Positions 51,222 to 64,000 of a stretch of 64,000 nucleotides of DNA are shown here, piece by piece (position 1 is the stretch's first letter; every line of letters begins with the position of its first letter). This DNA comes from Ruditapes philippinarum (taxonomy: Eukaryota), in NCBI RefSeq assembly GCF_026571515.1, contig NW_026863603.1, forward strand, positions 62,001 through 126,000, written 5' to 3'. The translations under genes and the position numbers were made by a program. The notes below the pieces were generated by a model. The model did no database searches. It was given only the letters and a program-made list of their open reading frames with translations, and was not told where the DNA came from.

Positions 51222-51956
51222 TTTAACCAGACTTTCCGCAGGGAAAAACTGGTTATTATATTGAGGTTTGTCGGTGGACGGGCGTAAACAATTTTTCTGT
51301 GCGCAACTCCTACATTTCACAATGGATTTTGACCAAACTTTCACAGAACCTTTGTCATCAAGTGCCCTGGCGCATATTGTCGGGGTTTTGTGATTGGATA
51401 ATATTTGACCTAATTATGGCCCTTTGTTTTTTTTCCTTATGTAGAATATATAGTGAACAATTTCTTCTGTGCGCAACTCCTACATTTCTCAAAGGATTTC
51501 GACCAAACTTTCACAGAACCTTTGTCATCAAGTGCCCTGGCGCATATTGTCGGGGTTTTGTGATTGGATAATATTTGACCTAATTATGGCCCTTTGTTTT
51601 TTTCCCTTATGTAGAAGATATAGTTAACAATTTCTTTGTGCGCAACTCCTCCTACATTTCTCAACGGATTTTGACCATACTTTCACAGAACCTTTGTCAT
51701 CAAGTGCACTTGCGCATATTGTCAGGGTTTTGTGATTGGATAATTTTTGACCTAATTATGGCCCTTTGTTTTTTCTTTATATAGAATATATAGTGAACAA
51801 TTACCTCTGTACGCAATTCCTCCTACATTATTCATGATTTACATTGCACATAGTTACATTTTTTGTTGCTTGTGTTTGTATTTTAACTACAACATATTTA
51901 TCTACAATGGTGATAATTGAAAACCTGGTTTCATAGCATTGCCATGTTTCTTGTTT
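51222..51956 (+). mobile_element. HINE-like element with about 3 tandem 170-bp units, between convergent gene ends
   Basis: Units at 51301, 51471, 51640 and a partial one at 51811; subterminal IR AACCAGACTTTC / GAAAACCTGGTT; CTTGTT end. Confidence 0.75.
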
Positions 51957-52681
51957 TACTTGATCGGGCTTTATTTTGCCATGCATATAAGTTCGCATTT
52001 TTTTTGGAACATTATATATGTCGATCACAAAATCAAAATGGCTTCTTCAATTGTCAACGTCTTTAGAGAGCTTAGTGAAATTTGCGGGCAATAAATCATG
52101 TTAATTTTGGGCAAATTAGAACTTGCGAATTTCAGGAAATTAAATCCTATAAATGCACTACTTAGACAGCAATGCATAAAGACATCTGGTTGCTATTGAG
52201 TATCCATGACCATTTCTTAAAGGTCAATGTCATACTTGAAGTGTAGCATATTCCAGAACTATTTATGAAAGGAAATAATTCAATGAATTTATCCTTTATA
52301 GAATAATTTCAAATTACAGTATTGATGGATAAAATAAACAACGGTTGAAAAAGAAACATTGAATACTTTACTAAAATCCTACTGTAGAATTCATAGTTTA
52401 CCAAAACTGCACGTTAAAATAACGTGTTCCCATTTGCTATTGAAAAAATTTTGTTCGTTTATACCAAGTCCGAAATTTCAGACTCGCCAACTGCTTATGT
52501 ACCTATCGTTAATCAAATGTTTGCCGTGATACATGTAAATGATGGATATTTTTATTTGACAACAATATGATATCTTTCTTGACTAAAAAACATAAGGATT
52601 GTTATAATAACATTTTAGCTAGGTTAGTGTATTTCAAGATTTTTTCCCACTACAGTGATGTACCGGCACAATCGTCTCTTT

Positions 52682-55600
52682 TCAAGTATTTGCTTTTAAT
52701 TTAGGGAATCTAATTGTTCTGAATGCAGGCGAAGGAATATTGGGCTTGCTTGCCCTGCGAACTATATCCTCATCTATTGCTTCAACTATATCCTTCCGCT
52801 TGATAGAAAGTAGAGCTTTTTTCAGGTCTTCTACGCTTGCGCGAGTATGCATTCTTCTCCATCTCCATAAACCTTGCCTGAAGTTAATTCAGTATGGAAA
52901 TATTTAGAATGTTAAATCAAACAAAAACACAACATTATTTAAGCTAGCTTACTGAATGTTGGCACCTAAAGCTGTACTACACGAAGCGCTGCTATGATGG
53001 CCTTTAGTAAGTTCAGTTCAAAGATCCTGTATGTTGTAATTAAGGTTGTTGCCACACTTAATTGCAATTTTATATAATGCATATAACTATGCTTCTAAAA
53101 CAATTTTCTACATCGAATAATATGTAAAATATGTACTGCAAATATTTTCCACATTATACATGTATGTTATCATTGAAATGTATGCGTTCATTTCTTATTG
53201 AAAAATTTGACTTAGACTTAACAGAAAATAAATTTCTAATTACCTCCCTTTATTAACAGGAAAATGTAAATTCGGTAATATCTTTACAAAATATAATAAT
53301 TCTTTTTGAAACTTACAATATTGATAAATCTTCATTTGAGCATTATATTTATGATATAAAGCCCATAGAAAAATGAGTTACACGATCTTTAATGTTAAGT
53401 CTGAATATGCATCTAAGATTGATTGTAAAGACAAGTTTTTGCAACTTGGAATTAATAACTTAATTGCCAGTCTGCTTTTACGACTTATTAGTGTTAATTA
53501 GCATATGAGGAAACATGGTGTTGACCCGGATGTGACTCGTACCCACGACCCCTTGTTTGAGAGACAGTCACCTTTAACGCTGGCACGCACAACGCTCCTA
53601 TAAAACTCTATGCATTTCTAGCAAAGCACCAGTATAGAAGTTACCTTAAAGATTCGAACTCTCGCCCACTAGGGTTAGATGACACTCCATTGGCGGAGGT
53701 CTAATACCAGCTGCAATTACTTTAATAAGTATATCAATGAATACATGAATAGTTCAAAACTCGATGATCCTCACATTAATATGATCTTCATGCAATATTT
53801 ATACCATCTTTTGAACTTTTACCTGCATTTCTCTTCTGCTATATGTCGCATATATTCCTTGCTGATCTCGTCCACGTCTTTCAGGATGGTTTGTTCACCT
53901 CGTGCAGGATGGAAAGGTAAAACCTGGTACAGTCTTGTCCAATCAGTATCGATATATGATGCAGTTATTTTACAGCACCTCTCCAGTTTATCTGAAATCA
54001 GACACGGAAATGAGAGCTGTCTAGAAATTTAGTTCCCCACTGAATGCCTTTCTTATCCATAGACCGATCTTCATTATAATACAATTTCGACTAATTTAAA
54101 TGTGAAATTATGATCATTTGCGAACGCTGCAAGTTTGACAAAAAAGTAGCTGAATTTATTGATCTCTATAAGTACAAAGACCTTAATATAAAATACATGT
54201 TCTTTAAACACTCAGTTATTTTAAGCCATGGAAAATTAACTGTTGAATCCATTCAGCATTTCTCGCTATCAACTTTTTGTCGGGGGGGGGGGGGAGATGG
54301 CGAAGTTGGCATCTAATATTAAAGATATAGTACAAGCTGGCGTCAATGAACGGTCATGCCATGGGGTATTGCATTATCTGTGAAACATTGTCTTGTTAAC
54401 AAAAGTTTATTTTGCTAGTCGCATACTGTTCATTATGATGTATATTACATAAATAGAAATTGGACATATTTCAAATTTACAGGAGAAAAATCACGGAAGG
54501 AAATTCAATTCAATTTTACCCATAATAGGTCGTTTTCCCTTGTTGACAACGTGTCTAGCTGTTAAAGGCATGCCATGGAAGATCTTTTTCAATATTTCGG
54601 GCGTTGTTTTGTATCTATATATTTCTTTAAGTCTTGACAGATTAGCGTCGAGACGTTCTAATTCTACTTCACTTTTTCTAAACTGTTTCTTTATCTTCCG
54701 GACTTCAACTGAAACGCAAGAGATTATCTTGAGCATATGCTTGTTCAAATGTAATAAAAACGATGATGATGATGAGTAACAGCTCTGTTTATTACAGTCA
54801 CTATGTTATAATTTTCGTTTTTGTGGAAAACAGGCATAATCAATAGGTGTGAATACCGGTAACCATTTTTCTCAGCATCTTGGCCTTCTCCGCAAGTAAA
54901 GATTGCGATGCCCAGGAGCACGATCCTGTCAAGCATTTTATAAGGCACGGAAAGTGGCGAAGTCTACCGAGTTTTAACGAAATATTGGTGTAATAAGATA
55001 ATGGTATTATTGTGTCCTCAATATGTCAATATATCACTCGTTCAATGGAAATGATAGAATATATTATCATATACGACGAAACTATGCTGTTTACAGAGAG
55101 ATATGGTTATAAGTGGTTATAAGAATACTTTAATCTCATATTACTTAGACATGATTAATGCTGATGCACCCTTAAAGTACAACTTTATAGATTTCCGTTA
55201 CACTGGTTTGTTTAAGATACATATCATAATGAACTTCAACAATCGCTAATAGACATTTCTTCTACGTGAATTATATCGACTGTCGTTCATTCATAAAATT
55301 ATTGAATGTTATGAATTAGTAAATGTTTTCAAAGAAGGATATGGTGACATTTTTGCATTATTTTTGTCCTCACTTAACCTTCCGAAAAGCGCAACACCCC
55401 TTCATTCTGAAAAAAGGTTCTTGTTCAATAGTTAAAAAAATATCATATTTCATTTTTTAATCATGTTAAAGCGAAGTACGGACTGAAGTGTTTATGGGGA
55501 ATACAAACTGTAATGTTTATCAAAACTGCAATTCGTAATGTTTTGTTTGTTTTTGTTTTGTATTTTGTTGTTGTTGTTGTTGTTGTTTTAAGGAATACTA

Positions 55601-58471
55601 ACTGTTGTTTAAGTGTATCATCAATAAGGAATACTTACTGAAATGTTTGTTAGGAATACTAAATGCAGTGTTTACAAAGAAATTAAACTGCAATTTTCAT
55701 AAAGAATATATGAACTTTAAATATTTATTTTACGCGAAATATAAACTTTAACACACTTTTGGAACTTTTTGGGTTTTCTTCCCCTCATTATAATTAATAT
55801 AATAACCATGTTTGGTAAGGTAAAAATTGGGTAACTTTGTGTACATGTATTATCATTAAAAACCAATTGTCTGTTAATGTTTATAAGTATCAACTATCAT
55901 TATGCGGTTGTTATAATGGATTTTGTAACTGTGTATTAGATTCGTAAAAAATAGAGTATTAAACAACCGCGCGCATTTGTTTTTGTTCCGTGACGTATTA
56001 CGGCACATAAACCCTGTCTTACCACCAAGAGTGGTCTGTGTTCTTATATATGGGAAACATTCCCTTATGTTAATCTACAAACTTTAGTTTTTCGTATAAT
56101 GACATTCAATACTGTACTTTGAATAACATCATGGGTTTAGCAATTTGTTATATTTAAAATTTGTATTGTAGAAATAATTTCTGTTCAGTTCTGTTATTGA
56201 TTTGAAACAACCGAAGCAGACAAAACACTATTGACTGTTACCTGAAAAGGTTGGTTTGTATCTATAGAGTCAAAAATATCATTAGTTGTAAACAAAAGTT
56301 TATCTTTGGAGGTTATATTGATAATGTTGCCAGATTATTTGAGAAGAATTTAACTAAATTACTAAAATTAGAGATGTTATGTTTGTGTTATATGCAACTT
56401 GATATGAATAGGAATGCTATAACATTAAAATGAATGCACAATAAAGTATTATTTGTAACACTGTCTAACCAGACCCTGTGATAACACTGCCTGAAATTAT
56501 CCAGTGATAACAGTCTGGTCAGATCCAATGGTAACACCGTGTGACCAGATCCTGTGACCAGATCCAGTGGTAACACTGTCTGACCAGTTTCAATGGTAAC
56601 ACCGTGTGACCAGATCCAGTGTTAACACTGTCTGACCAGTTTCAATGGTAACACCGTGTGACCAGATCCAGTGGTAACACTGTCTGACCAGTTTCAATGG
56701 TAACACCGTGTGACCAGATTCAGTGGCAACACTGTCTGACCAGTTTCAATGGTAACACCGTGTGACCAGATCCAGTGGTAACACTGTCTGACCAGATCCA
56801 ATGGTAACACCGTGTGACCAGATCCAGTGATAACACTGTCTGACCAGTTTCAATGGTAACACCGTGTGACCAGATTCAGTGGCAACAATGTCTTACTAAA
56901 TTCAGTGGTAACAACGTGTTACCAGATCAAGTGGTAACACTGTCTTACAATAGGTTCCGAGTTCGATCCCCTGCTGTTGTTATTAAAGTAACTACCAAGA
57001 CTTAGCAAACGTCCGTTTTGCACGAATATTAATCAAAAACGAATGTTACTGTTTTGGAATATTTTTGTCTGGCACTTTCCGCCAGGAATAACTGCCAATT
57101 TCCGTACCTTATACTAGAACTTACTTTAACACCACTGCGTTGACAAAATTGTTTGCTCCTGTCATATACACGTTAATTAAGTTTACTACATGCAGTACGA
57201 TTTTGATATATCCTGTTACAATTCAACACTGTTACAATTCAACAAGCTAAGTATAAAATATAATAATTACCAGTAGCATCTTCAACCTCATGTTGGCGTT
57301 TTGACATGGTGTCTTTTCGATCTCGGATAAGTTCCAGTTTTTTGTTCAGATCATGCAGTTTTTTCTCAATCTGTGGCTTCTTTTCATTCAGTTCTTCGAT
57401 TTCACTATCAAGCTGATGAAACTTTTCTAGTTCAAAATCCGAAAGTGTATCGAGTCTAGCCTTCATTTCTTCTTTTCGGAACACTTTTATATCGAGGTCA
57501 ACTAGTACATCTTTATTTTCAGATATCAAATCGTCCCTTTCCTTTGTCAACAAAGCTTCCCGGTTCTTAAAACTATTCACTTCAGCTGTTATGTCGACTA
57601 GATAACGTTTGGCCGTTTTTAACTTATGGTCACAATTTGAACACTTTATTTGCATGTCACGTACAATTTTGTCCTGATTATCTCTCTTTATTTCCATTTC
57701 GTCAATGTCAAATTTAATAAAATCAGAGTAACCTTCGTCTGCTTCAATCCATTTTCTCATTCCCGTAACTACATGTCGTAAGTTTTCAAACGCCTGCGGT
57801 ATGATAACTAAGAAGGGCGCGTGCGCTGCCTTGCAACGTGCTGCAAGATCACGTGCGACAAAACCAAGTTCCTGTATCTGCATTCCTTTTGTTTCGAACT
57901 GTTCCGCCATGTTTATTATATCATCCAAGTTAAAATTAATTGCCTCGGAAAACTCTTGTCGTTGGCGTTCATAATTAACAGCGGTGTCAAGGTACAAATC
58001 TCCTTCCTTCGATGAAAAACTCAGGCAATATTTCCACATATATTCACTTATAATTTTCAGGTCTCGGATAATATCCGCAAATCCCGTTTTCAAATACTGA
58101 GTAACTCTTTCGACAATGTCAATAACTGTTCTTATAGCTTCTTTGTCGAAGTCAACAACCATCGTTGGATCTCCCTCGGACCTTTTAAATTTTGCTACAG
58201 CATCGTCAAGCTGTGTTTTGCATAATAAGTAGGTTATTTTGCTTTCTTTCAGAACTTTTGAAAGTGGCCCGAGCCATCGCTTAATCTCTTGTTCAATGTC
58301 GTTTTCGGGACCATAGTAAGACTGTTGCAGAAGATCAATTCGACGATCAACAGCTACTAAAGCTTTGAGAACACATGACCTAAAAATAGGCAAAGACTGG
58401 GGACGCTCGAGCGCTAATTGATCTATCGTCTGCTTCTTTCGGTAGAACTGAAGTCCGGTTGCAGGAGGCAT
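52682..58471 (-). CDS. Uncharacterised long coiled-coil protein with a C-terminal death domain, 584 aa, 4 coding exons
   Basis: Exons 58471-57271, 54708-54520, 53991-53823 and 52877-52682 join in frame (1755 nt). Heptad-rich E/K/L region, then IDTDWTRLYQVL...DVDEI...EEKCRQGLWRW...ASVEDLKKALLSIKRKDIVEAI (death-domain pattern). A 5' UTR intron is likely (acceptor ~58524, donor ~60441). Confidence 0.85.
56455..56945. repeat. 26-bp minisatellite with alternating 52-bp dimer
   Basis: TGGTAACACCGTGTGACCAGATCCAG alternates with TGGTAACACTGTCTGACCAGTTTCAA. Confidence 0.9.
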
Positions 58472-58754
58472 TGTCGATATGTATGATTGTATTCTATTCT
58501 TTCAATATTTAATGGTCAATATTCTGAAAAAGAATCAAACTATACGTAAAACATATATTTTCATCTTACTACATACAAAAACAATTTTATCTTATACTTC
58601 TTAATGAGATACAACTTAAATATAACATTGAGATTGTATTAAACTTTATGAAATAAAATATTAAATATCTTTTTTATCGCTCGTGAATGAAATACTGAAC
58701 TTTATTCTTGAGATTTTATCTACATACATGTTTATCAACATCATTCATAGTAAA

Positions 58755-59650
58755 TCACTCACTGTTTATCATTAACTTTATATCACTCACTGTTTATCAC
58801 TAACTTTACATCACTCACTGTTTATAACTTACTTTACACCACTCACTGTTTATAACTTACTACACATCACTCACTGTTTATAACTTACTTTACATCACTC
58901 CCTGTTTATAACTTACTTTACATCACTCACTGTATATAACTTTCTTTACATCACTAACTGTATATAACTTACTTTAAATCACACACTGTATATAACTTAC
59001 TTTACATCACTCACTGTATATAACTTACTTTAAATCACTCACTGTATATAACTTACTTTACATCACTCACTGTGTATAACTTACTGTACATCACTCACTG
59101 TTTATAAATTACTTTACATCACTCACTGTTAATAACTTACTTTATATCATTCACTGTTTATAACTTACTTTACATCACTCACTGTATATAACTTACTTTA
59201 AATCACTCACTGTATATAACTTACTTTACATCACTCACTGTATATAACTTACTTTACATCACTCACTGTATATAACTTACTTTACATCACTCACTGTATA
59301 TAACTTACTTTACATCACTCACTGTATATAACTTTTTTACACCACTCACTGTATATAACTTACTTTACATCAATATCTGTATATAACTTACTTTACACCA
59401 CTCACTGTATATAACTTACTTAACATCACTCACTGTATATACCTTACTTTACATCACTCACTGTAGATAACTGACTTTACATCACTCACTGTTTATTACT
59501 TACTTTACATCACTCACTGCATATAACTTACTTTACATCACTCACTGTATATAACTTTCTTTACATCACTCACTGTATATAACTTACTTTACATCAATCT
59601 CTGTATATAACTTACTTTACATCACTCAATGTATATAACTTACTTTTTAC
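58755..59650. repeat. 28-bp minisatellite, about 30 copies
   Basis: Unit CATCACTCACTGTATATAACTTACTTTA; decays into degenerate copies to ~59850, followed by (AT)n. Confidence 0.95.
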
Positions 59651-59859
59651 ATGTTTTACTATCTGAATATAACTAAATACTTTATCACTCACTGTATGTA
59701 ACTCACTGTTATTAACTCTTTCAAACATTCACTGCATATCAATCACTGTGCATTTTAAATTCACGGTGATAATATCACACACTGTTTATCAACCACTGTA
59801 TATCACTCACTATAACCACTCATTTTATATCACTCACTGTAAGCCATTCCCTGTATTTC

Positions 59860-59896
<37 letters not shown>

Positions 59897-60128
59897 CTTA
59901 TAGTGAAACATAATTTTTTGCATTTGATAGAGTAAGAATTGTCATGTTTTTGCTTCTCTATAATTATGAACTAAATTAATTTTATAGAATAATAACATCT
60001 ATTGAAGAGCAAAAAACACTGAACAAATTACTGATAACAAATGCGTTCTTTCAGTTGTCTAATCGACGAAATGAAGATCAAAAATATCAGTACAATTATA
60101 ATGCATGACAATTGACAAAAACAATCTC

Positions 60129-60161
<33 letters not shown>

Positions 60162-63100
60162 ACATATCAGTTATGATTTTTTGTAATTTATTCGGAATTG
60201 CACGTATCATTCTCTTTTATCTTTTAATTAATATTTCAAACTTACTTCGTGATTTAATGTGATTAAATGCTTGGGAAAGAAGCCACGGTAATCCGCATTT
60301 TGATTTGTGTAATAATATCAAATTAGAAAACAAAACATGTAATTGACAGTTAACTGACAGTTATTTGAATAATTTGATTAATATATATTTATGAAATTTA
60401 ATCCGAAACTTGAAACGGACGACATGAAATCTAATACTTACCGTAAAATTCATCCACATATTTGTTTATAACCACAATATTATGTATTTATCTCTACAAC
60501 AAACATTTTTTACTGTCACCACTTCAGAGTTTCCGTGTACATTTCAATATGTTTGAATGGCTCGCGAAATTCCATTATTTCTAACAAATAATACGGAATT
60601 AATCAATTTGAATATGGTAATATAATCAATAAAGCTTTATTTACGAAGTTCTTTTCACTGACATATTAATAGATTAATCTTAGGCCACGGGGTATTAGCT
60701 TAATCTATTTTCAAATAAGATCTCGGTAATATAAGAATTCCACAGGGACGTGGCATTAAAAACATAAATCAAAGTAAATAGACGCGACAGGTACGCAATT
60801 AAACAATAAGCATTTTCATTCATCTAAATCGGCTCTATTTGTTTCCATGTAACCGGGTTTTCATTTTGGATAAAGATTTTCAAAGTATCCGCTTTTTTGA
60901 AGTTGCATAAATAACAGATTAAAAAGACAGGTTGCTAATAATAATTATAAATGGTGACCTTAAAGAAAATTAAAATAGAAACGCATTGACTGCTACTGTT
61001 GTAAAATACCACCCCAACTGTTTTCTCCATGTGTGTGTGTGATGTTTGAAGAACGCAACAGCTTGACTTGAAAATAATAAGATTCTGAAGTTTGTATTAA
61101 TTTTATATTTAAGTACACTGTTCTAAACGATATACTCTCAACTAAATATCGTCAAGTTTAAGAATTTAGTATGAAATTAAAGGGAACGCAATCTGAGGTC
61201 CAAAAGCCTGAAAATTTGCACAAAAAATGAACTTCGTCCTTAAATCAGCTTGGTCACTCTAAAACAGCCAGACATGCAAATATATTTAAGAAATATACTT
61301 GAATATCGTATTTCTGTGCTATTCTTATTCCGATTGAAGTGAAAAGCGTTGCAACGTTTTTCAATTTTGGGTCTTTTTCACATTTAGAAAAATTATTCTA
61401 GAAAAACGGAGTAAACAAATGATCTGAAATTTTGAACATAAATCTGGAAAAAAATTATTTCCAGTCCCGCCATATGAAAAAAAACAGTGCAGTTCCTTTA
61501 ACCCTTGCTGGCACGAACATATTTCTCCCATGCAAGCATTGTAGACCAAGATCATGGCCTGCACTGTTCGCTTAAGATTTAGTAATGTTTTATTTTTTCC
61601 CTAATATTGATCAATTGTATAGTCCGTATTAAAAATATTAAAAAATGAGGAAGTACATTAAAAAATAATTAATGTGGTAGGGGTTAAGATCGTGTTATTT
61701 TAAATTATCATCAGTGAAAATTTGTGCAACTTTATTGATTCGAATGATACGTATTTTACAAAGATAATATCTTTAACTTATAAGAAACTTTTTTGTAAAA
61801 TATGTAGTTTCCTATTAAAGGAATTATTGTTTTATTTTATTTAAACCTAGAAAATTATTGATATGGAATGATGACTTAATAACATCAATTACACTTCGAT
61901 TCTGCCTGTAGTTTCTTAACAATATGCGACATGAAATATAAGTGCAAAGCATGCAATTTTTTTAAAGATTATATTGCACATGTACATTCAAAAAAGCAAT
62001 TTACCTTTAAAATTATTTTTCAAAGACGTATGATGAAACGTACGACGTTACCCGTCAAAAAGCTTTCCTATGTTGACCCATCATTATCATTATAAATTAT
62101 AGGAAGCAAGTTCGAGTGCATTAAAACATTGGAACTTAGCGGTGTGCCGCAATCATTCATTACGAGAGAATTGGAAGTTGCATGTGCGAGTGCAATTGAG
62201 ATAAAGCATCTATAAGTGATGTAATATATAATCGCTCATAACAGGTTCGAGTAAATTTAAACAGTAGCAGATTGTAAGAACGAATACAAGTACGTTAATA
62301 CAACAGCGTTGACAAGTTTGTAAGTACCAACAAAGTGTAATGCAATAATTGTTGCGTTGCGTTTTTTTTAGCGCCAGCATATAAGCATAGCTTAATTAAA
62401 CGAGTTTCATTTGTTGAAGCTGAAAGAGTAGAATATACATGTATATTCGGAGAAATTTAGCCAAAATGTTTGAAGCTGACAATAAATATTGCCGAACCTG
62501 CACAGGAATACCTATGAACATATTGAGGAGTACTTGTGACCCTAGAACGGAAAACTTTGAACATCAGAACGAATACTTCCGAACCAGCAAATGAATACCT
62601 AAGACAACGAAGAGGATTAGTTAATGAACCGATACATGAATACTTCTGATTGAACAGAAGTGCTGATAAAATCTTTTTGATCGCTGGTTATGCCATAGAG
62701 AAATGTGTGTGGTACTTGATTATGTATTATAAACCTTTTTTAGGCAAATGGTCCAATTCATACATCGTGTAATTAGTTGAGCGGTGGAGACTGAGTTGAG
62801 CGGTTGAGATCCAGTTCAGTGGTGAAGATCGCTGACAACTTATCACTTGCATCTAACCAATTGCTTCCAATTGCAGCAAAAAGGGACATAGGTAGTTCTT
62901 TTTAGGTACCATATCTGGGACATCTGAGGTTCTCCAACATTAAAAAAAAATAATATTAGGCAATCAAAAATTTGTCTGTTTTATAGTGAAAGAAGTGAAT
63001 ACAAATTAGACATAATATCAAGATTAAAGACCTTCTTATGATATTAAGTTATATAACATTGAATGTAAACTTTTGCTTGTTTTATCTTGTACGCTTTTAT

Positions 63101-64000
63101 AATTATTTGATTGTCAACACTTAAACCTTCACGTGTTTCTCCATTCTTATTTACCGATTTATAGATCTAAGGAATATGCAAAATATGGTCAAAGGTTTGC
63201 GAAATTCGACCTCATATTACTTTATGGTATTACACCCTTAAATCTAATTTTACTTTCTCAATTGTATTTCATTAACCCGATATACGTTTCTGACTTCATG
63301 CCAGAAATAATAATTAGAAAATATAAAAAGGTATTATAATCACATTCAAATCTGAACCATTGTTGTCCCTTGATTAAGTTTGTTAAAAGTATTAAGTTTG
63401 ACACATTTAATTTAAACCGTCTATCATTTCTTTACTTTAGCCTCAATGCATATCATTGGTTGTTATGTAAAGATAAGATTTTAATCACTTATGTAGTTTA
63501 TGTAGTATTGGTCTCATATACTGCCACAGTGTACAAACGGTAACGACGAATCGCGGTTAAAAATACCAGCATACCATTTATGTTTTAAAACGGTAATGGG
63601 ATCGTGAAAATTATTTTGTATTTCTCAAATTTATCTTTATTTTTATTTTATCATTATTTTTTTTTTGTTCCACAGATTAATTTTTGAGACGAAATGAACT
63701 CACTTGGAGGTGTGCAGCTTCTGGGCGGCACAGTTATAAATTACATTTTAGCCTTATTGAGGTGAAATTTCCGAATGTGACCATACATACCTGGTGAAAT
63801 ATTACGATAATCTGCTTTTGTTATTAATAAAAAGATAAGTATTAACTTGAAAGCTATTGTAAAATATAAGTTAATCTACCGTAAAGCTAAAAATAACTAA
63901 AAGCTCAAGAAAAAAACAACTTTACCGTGATTTTTCTAACATAAAGAAAATACAATAAAGTCTGTTCAAAATAAGTGATCTTAACAGTACTTGACATTTC

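Noticed and set aside
53515-53590. tRNA-like fragments here and near 3110-3150, 22255-22330 and 56950-56975
   Set aside because: No complete cloverleaf; they look like decayed SINE heads.
62100-62215. Possible + strand exon (SKFECIKTLELSGVPQSF...)
   Set aside because: Short, with no partner exons or recognisable homology in the window.

Overview
AT-rich, intron-rich animal genomic DNA; the repeat families suggest a bivalve mollusc. I assembled four spliced host genes by hand, checking frame and phase at every junction: (1) a 149-aa calmodulin-like EF-hand protein (-, 3 exons); (2) METTL18/HPM1 histidine methyltransferase (-, 9 exons, 285 aa); (3) GTF3C4/TFIIIC90 (+, 19 exons, ~680 aa), head-to-head with METTL18 with only 140 bp between the ATGs; (4) a 584-aa long coiled-coil protein with a C-terminal death domain (-, 4 coding exons). 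METTL18 and GTF3C4 each contain a clear U12-type (minor spliceosome) GT-AG intron. A full-length Bel/Pao LTR retrotransposon (10269-19315; ATTTC target-site duplication, tRNA-Phe-like PBS) carries an unexpected frameshifted extra ORF between pol and the 3' LTR, encoding two C2H2 zinc fingers and an acidic tract. This is the most novel-looking item. The rest is a dense mix of non-autonomous elements: Helentron/HINE-like elements with internal satellite arrays, PIF-, pogo-, EnSpm-, hAT-, Sola- and Kolobok-like MITEs, tRNA-derived SINEs and minisatellites. All calls come from reading the sequence; no database searches were run.
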